Below, one piece after another: positions 17,822 through 25,065 of a stretch of DNA of 32,000 nt. The position numbers and the translations under genes were made by a program. The stretch is from assembly GCF_051201665.1 (NCBI RefSeq), contig NZ_CP179211.1:50060-82059 (forward strand), given 5' to 3'. Each line of letters begins with the position of its first letter. The stretch's first letter is position 1. The DNA comes from Psychrobium sp. nBUS_13. Its GTDB lineage: Bacteria; Pseudomonadota; Gammaproteobacteria; Enterobacterales; Psychrobiaceae. The notes below the pieces were generated by a model. It did not search any database and was not told the origin of the DNA. It saw only the letters and a list, made by a program, of their open reading frames with translations.

Positions 17822-18502
17822 TTATGTTCCACTTTTGAAGTCTGATACAACGTTAAAAATTTCGTCATGTTCAAGGCGTTCTTTAATTTTATCTGGCGAA
17901 TCACTTCTAGTACCTTTCTTAGAAATCCAGCCATTTATAAATGTGTGTTCAACAATTTTCTGTAGTAATTTTTGATCGCCGTAACTCATTCTAGATTGTA
18001 AAAGAGTCAATTGCCTTAAAATTGAAGAAGTAGGGCGATCGCCAAATTCAATAAATTCACATTCATTATTCGCATCAAAAAGAGCTTGTAACGTATCCTC
18101 CTCGCGTCTAACTGGAGGTGATGTTAACCACAAAATAGTGTCAGTGAAAGAGCTATCATATTCATTCAAACCCAAGTTTCTCTGAACTCTTTGTAGTTGT
18201 TCAAGTGCTGGCTTTTCAATATTTATGGTTGCTAAGCTCTTGTTTTTCTTGTACTTAAATGCTCTGAATGCACCATTCAAGCTTTTGTAACTTTCTGGTT
18301 TCATTGATGACTTAAGTTCTAAACTAGCTTCTTTATATGTTAGCTTTGTCAGATAATCAAAACGTAAGTCTTTATCTAAGAGGTGAGCAGGCGCCTTGTT
18401 ATCAACAAAATTTGAAGGGTTCATTCTCTTATCAAATGCAGGGATAGTTATATAATCCTGCCAGTGTTGCTCATTATCTTGTGTCATTTCGTTAGTTGTC
18501 AC
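17822..18502 (-). CDS. Hypothetical protein (226 aa)
   Basis: Long ORF with a plausible sigma70 promoter upstream. The GTG start lies inside motif copy 3; the alternative ATG is at 18487. No family recognised. Confidence 0.55.
   Translation of the reverse strand: MTTNEMTQDNEQHWQDYITIPAFDKRMNPSNFVDNKAPAHLLDKDLRFDYLTKLTYKEASLELKSSMKPESYKSLNGAFRAFKYKKNKSLATINIEKPALEQLQRVQRNLGLNEYDSSFTDTILWLTSPPVRREEDTLQALFDANNECEFIEFGDRPTSSILRQLTLLQSRMSYGDQKLLQKIVEHTFINGWISKKGTRSDSPDKIKERLEHDEIFNVVSDFKSGT
18490..18502 (-). repeat. Ter-like / operator-like motif, copy 3 (inverted)
   Basis: The + strand reads CGTTAGTTGTCAC, the reverse complement of GTGACAACTAACG. Confidence 0.6.
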
Positions 18503-18520
18503 GTTTGTTTAATTTGAATT

Positions 18521-18548
18521 ATTGTATAGCATAGCTTAAATATATCAA
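18521..18548 (-). promoter_or_regulatory. Candidate sigma70 promoter for the 226-aa ORF
   Basis: On the minus strand: TTGATA (18548-18543), 16 nt, TACAAT (18526-18521). Bracketed by motif copies 2 and 3. Confidence 0.4.
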
Positions 18549-18556
18549 GAACATCC

Positions 18557-18571
18557 GTGTGACAACTAACG
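18557..18571 (+). repeat. Ter-like / operator-like motif, copy 2
   Basis: GTGTGACAACTAACG, identical 15-mer to copy 1. Forms an inverted pair with copy 3 across a 56-bp spacer. Confidence 0.6.
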
Positions 18572-18600
18572 CTTTGTTGCTTTGTAGGTAAATAAAGATT

Positions 18601-18621
18601 GCCCAAGCACTTAACTTGGGC
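18601..18621 (-). terminator. Probable terminator of the par operon
   Basis: GCCCAAG-cacttaa-CTTGGGC, followed on the minus strand by AATCTTTATTT. Confidence 0.55.
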
Positions 18622-18643
18622 AAACTTTATTTTACCTGCACAA

Positions 18644-18763
18644 TTACCGGTTACTTAATGCATCCAACAATAATGAGAAGTCTGAAATACTCATTGGCCC
18701 GGGTTTTATGTAATATCCATTGGATATTTCTTCGGCTAGATGTAAGATATGGTTCTGGCTCAT
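18644..18763 (-). CDS. Possible 39-aa ORF downstream of parB
   Basis: ATG preceded by AAGGAATAACT (SD-like): MSQNHILHLAEEISNGYYIKPGPMSISDFSLLLDALSNR. The terminator follows. Too short for the ORF track. Confidence 0.3.
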   Translation of the reverse strand: MSQNHILHLAEEISNGYYIKPGPMSISDFSLLLDALSNR

Positions 18764-18835
18764 AGTTATTCCTTAATTATGTTTGTCGGAGGGCTTTCAT
18801 CTAAGTTTGCAGACCGATGTGAAAGCCCTAATTTT

Positions 18836-19876
18836 TTAGTTATTAGCTCCTAAGATCTCCTTGATTGCATTTTCTACTTCATCAAGTTTATCAGTGCTTA
18901 AATTACAAAACTGGTAACTAGTTTCGTTGTCTTTTGTGATTATTTTATAGTTGCCACCTCCCTTTGCTGAATATGAAAAAGTACTTGCTTCAACTGTTGT
19001 CTTTTGACTATTTAACTCTTTCAATAGAAGTTCTAATACCTGTGAATTAAGCTTATACGGGTTTCTACTTCCTGCAAGCTGACATAAATCTTCAAAAGTA
19101 TGCTTCTGTACAATAGTGGATGCTTTTACTAGTTCTTTCGATGGCCGTTCTTTTGCTAAAGAGCGTAGCGTAGTGATCGTTGGTCGGCCTAGTTGTGTTA
19201 GATGTGGGAACAAATCGATTAAAAACTCTGGAATTTTACTAGCGCTGATGGCCATTGATACCATAGATGGAGTAATACCTTCGGCTTCAGCAATGGCTCT
19301 AGCGTTTTTGTACACTTTAGTTTCTATTTGATGTGTGTATTTTCTACCTTGTTCAATCAAGGAAAGAGGCTTGGATAAATTAGTAATATCTGCAAGATAC
19401 TTAGCATCTTCATCTTCAACTATTAACTTAGTTACATAGATTTTGAACGGAATACCTACTGATAAACAAGAAAACCTTCTTCTGCTGCCACTTAATACTG
19501 CAATTTTACCATTTTCGTTTAAGTACCCAATACCAGGTACTATTTGGCCACGTTTAACCATCGTTGCAGATAGATCTTCAACGCTTTCTTGAGTTACAAA
19601 TTTAGGGTCACGGCCATTCTGATCTGGTACAAATGTTTTGTCTTCAATCTCGCTGCTTTGGACAGTAATCAACTCAAAAACTGCTAGTTGATCATCACTT
19701 ATTTTAAGTTCTATTGTTGAGTTGCCTGACGTTAAAAGTGACGCGTTTTCTTTGGCATCTTTCAACGCTGAAGCGTTCATACCTGCAACTTTTACATTAT
19801 CACCAAGAACTGCACCCTTTACGCGCCGGCGACTTGTTTTTTTATCTTGAGTAGTCATATATTTTATATACCCCAT
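18836..19876 (-). CDS. parB: ParB-family partition protein
   Basis: ParB N-terminal domain signature IAVLSGSRRRFSCL (GxRRxxA-type). Overlaps the parA stop. The alternative start is at 19858. Confidence 0.8.
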   Translation of the reverse strand: MGYIKYMTTQDKKTSRRRVKGAVLGDNVKVAGMNASALKDAKENASLLTSGNSTIELKISDDQLAVFELITVQSSEIEDKTFVPDQNGRDPKFVTQESVEDLSATMVKRGQIVPGIGYLNENGKIAVLSGSRRRFSCLSVGIPFKIYVTKLIVEDEDAKYLADITNLSKPLSLIEQGRKYTHQIETKVYKNARAIAEAEGITPSMVSMAISASKIPEFLIDLFPHLTQLGRPTITTLRSLAKERPSKELVKASTIVQKHTFEDLCQLAGSRNPYKLNSQVLELLLKELNSQKTTVEASTFSYSAKGGGNYKIITKDNETSYQFCNLSTDKLDEVENAIKEILGANN

Positions 19877-21066
19877 AGCTCACAACATTCGAGCTCTATT
19901 TCATTAATTATCAGCCGATATTCATTTTGAGCTAATTTTAAAGAGGCTTTACTTGCCGGATATTCACTTGCGCTATAATCGTAAACTGTACAATAGTCTT
20001 CTGCACAATTTGTTACAGCATCAGATTCAATGAATTCATGTGTGTATATATGTTGAAAATCTCTCGATTTGTTACATGCCATTCTGATATTTTGAGCTAT
20101 TCGGACCTGAGATACACTTGAACGTCGAATACCTGACAGCATCACTTTTACATTGTCGTATCCTTTATGTCCCATTCCCATTAGTAAACTATACATATCA
20201 GCTAAGAATTTAACGTACTTTTCAGATGAGTCTTGGTCGTTCTCTGAGGGGCGTATAGGCACTATTAATGATGTTGCTACATAATGACCTGCTAACGTCA
20301 TTGCTGAAAAATACGGTGACGTATCAATAAATAGGATGTCAAAATCATCTTTTACTGAGTCGATAATTTTCTCCATGGCAGTATACGCATTATATGATTC
20401 ACCAGCCTCTTCAGCTTCATTTTCACGCATTTTTACATAGAACTCATGCTGTCTATCTTCGGGTCTTGAACACATAACCCTAAAGTTCGGAATGTTAGTC
20501 TCATAGAAAGCTTCTTTACATAAATCTGAAAATGTTTCGCCTTCAGATAATTCAAAGTTTTCCATCAGTAAATCACCGATTGATAGGTCATCATCTGAAA
20601 AATTAGGCTTCAACATGGCTGTAGACGTACCTTGAGGATCTAAATCTAGCACGCCGACTCTATAACCTTTTGGTATCTCGATGGCCAAACCTGAAGCTAA
20701 AGTTACAGTAATAGTTGTTTTACCGGCTCCGCCCTTTAAATTACTGACGCAGTAAATTGGTAATTTAGATTGATTTTGAAAAAGTTCTTCTTGCGAACAT
20801 GCTTTTCTAAGCTTTAAAACATCATCTATGTCGATTTGCCAAGATTTATCAAATCTGGTGAAGTCGATATCTAACTCTTTGCAAAGAGCAGTGATTTTGC
20901 GTGCATGAGCACCAGTTGCCGCAACTGCTTCTGTTTGATTGTAAGTGCGTTTAAGTTTTCCGTTAACGTTCTCAGTAGAAAGGACACTTTGCTTATTATC
21001 GAGATTCAGTGCAGCTAGATAGCTAGAAAGGTTAGTAATACTTTCAAGTGTTGCTACGGGTGTCAT
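19864..21066 (-). CDS. parA: ParA partition ATPase, type Ia (long N-terminal extension)
   Basis: Deviant Walker A NLKGGAGKTT and DLDPQG. About 400 aa, like P1 ParA / F SopA. The ATG at 21066 has AAGGA upstream; the ORF-track TTG at 21111 is less likely. Confidence 0.85.
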   Translation of the reverse strand: MTPVATLESITNLSSYLAALNLDNKQSVLSTENVNGKLKRTYNQTEAVAATGAHARKITALCKELDIDFTRFDKSWQIDIDDVLKLRKACSQEELFQNQSKLPIYCVSNLKGGAGKTTITVTLASGLAIEIPKGYRVGVLDLDPQGTSTAMLKPNFSDDDLSIGDLLMENFELSEGETFSDLCKEAFYETNIPNFRVMCSRPEDRQHEFYVKMRENEAEEAGESYNAYTAMEKIIDSVKDDFDILFIDTSPYFSAMTLAGHYVATSLIVPIRPSENDQDSSEKYVKFLADMYSLLMGMGHKGYDNVKVMLSGIRRSSVSQVRIAQNIRMACNKSRDFQHIYTHEFIESDAVTNCAEDYCTVYDYSASEYPASKASLKLAQNEYRLIINEIELECCELWGI

Positions 21067-21173
21067 GGATATTCCTTTAATTAAAGTTATCTTATCCATC
21101 AATGGTAACAAATAGTTTCAATGAAAAAAAGAAGATTAGAGGATTTATATTGAAATGGGTATTTGTAATGAGG

Positions 21174-21206
21174 TTTATTGGCTTCTCTTTAAGAGAAGCC
21201 AATAAA
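21174..21206. promoter_or_regulatory. Perfect 33-bp palindrome upstream of parA
   Basis: TTTATTGGCTTCTCTT-T-AAGAGAAGCCAATAAA (16-bp arms). No U-tract follows on either strand. Confidence 0.5.
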
Positions 21207-21213
21207 TAATCAG

Positions 21214-21483
21214 TTATTCGCTTAGCTCTTCAAAAACTGCCTTTGTTTTATGTTCTATAGAAAACAATAGATTTAAAACAAGCATAATTAATAATAGAGG
21301 CAGGCCGATAGAGATAATTGTCGCCAAGGATAATTGATCTACCGCAGCAAAAATTAAAGCTCCGATGACGAGGAATAGCACAACTCGAATCATTAATTTT
21401 GTTATCTTTAGCTGCTGATTTACATCTCGTTTAGAGTGCTTGAGTGAAAACTTATAGATATTAAGTAAATAGTTATTTTTCAT
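21214..21483 (-). CDS. Small membrane protein (89 aa, two TM helices)
   Basis: VVLFLVIGALIFAAV and IISIGLPLLLIMLVLNLLF. Confidence 0.5.
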   Translation of the reverse strand: MKNNYLLNIYKFSLKHSKRDVNQQLKITKLMIRVVLFLVIGALIFAAVDQLSLATIISIGLPLLLIMLVLNLLFSIEHKTKAVFEELSE

Positions 21484-21487
21484 ATCT

Positions 21488-21745
21488 TTATCCTTTATTT
21501 GATGAAGTTGGTTTACTTGTTAAGTCAGCTGGTGTGATACCAGCTGCTTTAAGTTGATTCAAAAAATCAGCGACTTTTTCTCTTTTTTCTGCATCCTTGC
21601 GAGCGCTCTCAGCTCTTTGCTGCTCTCTGGACGTTAAGATTGACTGAAGATTAGCTATCACAGCGCTAATTTGCTTATCAGATAAAGTGGCTACAACTTT
21701 TTTTAGTTTAGTCTTGCTCTTAAGCAAGCTTAGATATTCAGTCAA
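21488..21745 (-). CDS. H-NS N-terminal (oligomerisation) domain-only protein, 85 aa
   Basis: Collinear with the E. coli H-NS N-terminal half (from memory): LKILNNIRTLR...LEKLEVVVNERREEE...[20 protein letters not shown] versus LSLLKSKTKLK...IANLQSILTSREQQR...KVADFLNQLKAAGITPADL. No TWTGQGRTP-type DNA-binding domain. TTG start 5 nt after AGGAG. Confidence 0.65.
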   Translation of the reverse strand: MTEYLSLLKSKTKLKKVVATLSDKQISAVIANLQSILTSREQQRAESARKDAEKREKVADFLNQLKAAGITPADLTSKPTSSNKG

Positions 21746-21757
21746 AATTTCTCCTAA

Positions 21758-22339
21758 TTATTTGGCTTGTTTAACTTTTTGTTTATTAATTTGCGAATAC
21801 ATTTTTTCAAATGCAGCATCCATGGCCGAGTTGCTTTCAATCGACTGAGCCTCTGAAAGTAGTTTGTTGTATTGGCTATACGGCATTTTAAGTAATGAAT
21901 AAGCATGAACCTTTGTACCTACGACAAATACTTCTCTTTTTACTCGTTCAACACCGGATAATGGGACGCTATCGACAACTGCATCAATTAATGAGGTTGA
22001 TTGGCTAGATAGGTCAGCATCAGTATTTAATTGCTCGTAGGTTCTATCTTGGCCAGTGAATACTTGTTTAATTTGTGTTGCTAAATCGAACTTTGCACGT
22101 TGTTCTGATAGCTTAAGCGAGTAATGAACCTTGTTCGCTTCACCAAAACCAACGCCATAAACACCTGTTGCATCAGGTTTCGGAACTTCTAAATACCAAT
22201 CAGGCACCTGCGCAAGAGAATCTTTTAGTTGCTCCAAACGTTGCTCAATAGCTTCATTTGCTATATCCGCTTGTTTGTCAGCTATTGAAGAACAACCAGA
22301 AGCAATAAGTATCGTTGATATTAAAGTTATTTTTTTCAT
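21758..22339 (-). CDS. Lipoprotein (LPP20-like, tentative)
   Basis: Lipobox LIASGC at aa 12-17. The family assignment from GVYGVGFGEA...LATQIKQ is weak. Confidence 0.6.
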   Translation of the reverse strand: MKKITLISTILIASGCSSIADKQADIANEAIEQRLEQLKDSLAQVPDWYLEVPKPDATGVYGVGFGEANKVHYSLKLSEQRAKFDLATQIKQVFTGQDRTYEQLNTDADLSSQSTSLIDAVVDSVPLSGVERVKREVFVVGTKVHAYSLLKMPYSQYNKLLSEAQSIESNSAMDAAFEKMYSQINKQKVKQAK

Positions 22340-22610
22340 GTTAAACCTTTAAAAGTAGTGAGTGTTTAATGAGATTAGCAAATAATAATAATGGCGCAAC
22401 TTGGTAATTATCAATATAAAAGTATACCATCATGCAAAATTGAGAATAATACAACACTACCCACACTCAACATTCAAACACGAAAAAATTGCCCCTCGAT
22501 TCAAAAAAGAATGCGAAATGCAAAAAAAAAGAAATTTAAGTAGATAAAATGACAATAAAGTTTGCGCCATCCAATATAATTACAGCATGATGGTATACTT
22601 AGGAGTTAAC

Positions 22611-23516
22611 ATGACAAATATTGTAAACATGGTTCAGTCATTATTTTATGAACTTAAACGTGAAACAAATGACCTCAAGCAGTACTTAAGGACTAACAAA
22701 CCACAACAAATAATATGTTTTGAATTACCGGCCATTTCAGCTGAAACCAAAGAATTGCCGAGTTTTGAAGAACGCACTATTACTGTCAAGCAAATTACTG
22801 ATCATGAGCAAGCTCTTGCTTTGGCTAATCGGTATTTATCAAATTATTTTATAGAAGATAATGCATCTAAAAAATTTGCTTCAAGATGTCCGGGCATCAT
22901 TCAGATGAAATCTGAGCATAAAGATTATGTCGTTTTACGTATTACTCGTATTAATAGAATTAAAGAAGAAATTAAAGCAGCTATAACAGCAAAAGATGAA
23001 GAAGGGATCGATTTATTTACCAGGAGTGAACGTTTCAATATTTTACGTGAAGCTATACCAGGTGTCGTCACTTTAAAGTTATATCGAAAAATACAGTGTA
23101 TCGCCCAATCATTAGCATCTATTTCTTTTACGTGGGCGAATAAACAATCAATTACCAAAATTGATCTTGAATCTTTAAAAAAGCTACTAGAGTTAAATAA
23201 AAAGAACATTCCAAGTGAATCTCAACAGAATGAATGGGATGACTTCATTAATCTTGAAATAAAAGCTGTTACTGATTCAAAAGCTAAAATGTTTAAATTT
23301 AGAAGACCTGTTCCTGCAGCTCCAATGGTTAATTTAAGGTTTACTGATAAAACCAAAGCGATGAGACATGCACATTTACCAATATTTATATTTGGTAATG
23401 AAGTGATTAAGGTTTCGCCTTTAAAAAGTTACTGGCCAGATACAGGGCATTACAGACAACGCATAGAAATCGAGAAATACCTAATAAACAGACTTAAAAT
23501 AATCCCTACTGACTAA
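22611..23516 (+). CDS. tus: Tus-like replication terminus-binding protein homologue (301 aa)
   Basis: Blocks collinear with E. coli Tus (309 aa, from memory): RLPGVLCYQV/RCPGIIQMKS; HLPGLITLNAYR...RFGWANKHIIKNL/AIPGVVTLKLYR...SFTWANKQSITKI; KIKRPVKVQPIARVWY/KFRRPVPAAPMVNLRF; HACPTPLIAL/HAHLPIFIFG; IIPRLHLYVAD/LINRLKIIPTD. The ATG at 22611 has AGGAG 6 nt upstream. Confidence 0.75.
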   Translation: MTNIVNMVQSLFYELKRETNDLKQYLRTNKPQQIICFELPAISAETKELPSFEERTITVKQITDHEQALALANRYLSNYFIEDNASKKFASRCPGIIQMKSEHKDYVVLRITRINRIKEEIKAAITAKDEEGIDLFTRSERFNILREAIPGVVTLKLYRKIQCIAQSLASISFTWANKQSITKIDLESLKKLLELNKKNIPSESQQNEWDDFINLEIKAVTDSKAKMFKFRRPVPAAPMVNLRFTDKTKAMRHAHLPIFIFGNEVIKVSPLKSYWPDTGHYRQRIEIEKYLINRLKIIPTD

Positions 23517-23626
23517 AAAACAGACGGAGTTTAAAAAAATTGAAAATTCGAGAAAAAATTGGAATATGTTCAATATAAATACTGATAGAATTTTCGTATA
23601 ACTAAAGTAAATATTAAAAGTTAAGT

Positions 23627-23954
23627 TAACTTCTAATATTTACATGGTTAATTTTAAGTCACACTTTTAAGATTAAAGTTAACTTCTAGTCAAATACTTT
23701 TTATATGTACGTGCAACATCAATTATTACTTAAAATAAACTTAACTTTTAGTATTTTCTAATTTTATATAAATTAAATTACTTAAAGTTAACTTAACTTT
23801 TAATAATCCCTCTACCAATTTACTCTTTTAGAACCAAGATTAAACTTAACTTCTAATATTTCCTTCTCTTTAAACCTAACTTCTAATATCCTTTACTTGC
23901 AATTAAAGCTAACTTCTAATATTTTAGATCAAATGATACTTAACTTTTGATCTA
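23627..23954 (+). repeat. Eight direct iterons (replication origin candidate)
   Basis: Core TAACTT(C/T)TA(A/G)TATT starts at 23627, 23680, 23742, 23794, 23847, 23877, 23910 and 23941. Extended consensus ATTAAA(C/G)(T/C)TAACTTCTAATATTT. Directly upstream of the rep gene. Confidence 0.85.
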
Positions 23955-23970
23955 AACTTACGGAACACAA

Positions 23971-25065
23971 ATGGCAGATTCTGATCCTAACGAGCTTTCA
24001 GTATATGACTTCATTTTTAATGATTTCTTAACTCAACAAAAAGGCGAGCAGCTAGTATCCAGCTCTATGTTTAATAAGATTTTTATTATGGGTAATCGTG
24101 TTCCAAAAGAGCTCATCGATCAGATAGCAGATAACCCACAAAAAATAGAAGATATGTTGACTGCTAACATCCCATTATTTCAGACATCCATATCTAAACG
24201 TTATTGGGTGACTCAAAACAGAGGTTTTGACAAAGTAAACGTTGATATCTACGGTGCAATTTGCCTAGCTGATGATAGACATTTACTTGACTGTTTAATT
24301 GCTCATGGAAATATTATTAATGGTGCAGATAAGTACACTCTAAGACAAGTTGCTGAAGGTTGTGGTTTGCAAGACGTTGCATGGGAATTTACCGATCTTA
24401 ATTATATTGATAAACCAATGCTTAACAGAGGTATATACTTTCATATTTCTGTTAAGGATTTATTTAAAGCGCTAGGACTTAAAGCAGCTAAAAAAAACCG
24501 TGAAACGATTCTTAAACGGCTAAGAAGATTGTCTATTATGAAGTTAGTTCTTAGTCCTGTTAGTGGAGAAACAGTATTAACTCAGGGAAAAACTGGTTTT
24601 TCATTTGTAGATGAGAAGTTTTTCTCACTACTGGATAAGTCGAAAATTAGAAATGGTATATTTTCTTCAGATACATATACCGATCTTATTGTTAATGTGT
24701 CTGGATATTATGTACAAAGCTTAAAAAAAGATGGCGCTATTAGTCGTAAAAGATTAAAAAATCATTATGTAAATTTAGTTGGTAAGAATTGTATTGAAGA
24801 TTTTTATAAGTCGCTTGAAGAACATAAAAGAGAGTTTTTGCATGGACGTGAGCTCAGTTTTTTCATTAATCTGTACATTGATAATAAAATGTCATTGTTT
24901 GGAATCAATAGAAATCACAAATATAAACAAATCATGCAGCAAATAGCTGAGAGTGAGCAGAAATTGATTAATCATTTTAATATGACATTAGAGCCTATCA
25001 TCGATCATAAAAATAAAATAAAAGATTACAAGCTAATTTATTTAGGAAGAATGAGTAACCAATAA
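23971..25065 (+). CDS. rep: Putative iteron-binding replication initiator
   Basis: Assigned by position (immediately downstream of the iterons) and size. No family motif recognised with confidence. Confidence 0.6.
   Translation: MADSDPNELSVYDFIFNDFLTQQKGEQLVSSSMFNKIFIMGNRVPKELIDQIADNPQKIEDMLTANIPLFQTSISKRYWVTQNRGFDKVNVDIYGAICLADDRHLLDCLIAHGNIINGADKYTLRQVAEGCGLQDVAWEFTDLNYIDKPMLNRGIYFHISVKDLFKALGLKAAKKNRETILKRLRRLSIMKLVLSPVSGETVLTQGKTGFSFVDEKFFSLLDKSKIRNGIFSSDTYTDLIVNVSGYYVQSLKKDGAISRKRLKNHYVNLVGKNCIEDFYKSLEEHKREFLHGRELSFFINLYIDNKMSLFGINRNHKYKQIMQQIAESEQKLINHFNMTLEPIIDHKNKIKDYKLIYLGRMSNQ

Noticed and set aside
21067-21111. TTG start extending ParA by 15 residues.
   Set aside because: The ATG at 21066 has an AAGGA SD and gives a size matching type Ia ParA proteins. 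The extension has no support.
22587-22610. The upstream ATG ATG start for the tus-like gene.
   Set aside because: AGGAG sits 6 nt before the ATG at 22611, and the resulting N-terminus aligns with the start of E. coli Tus. The upstream ATGs fall inside repeat block Y'.
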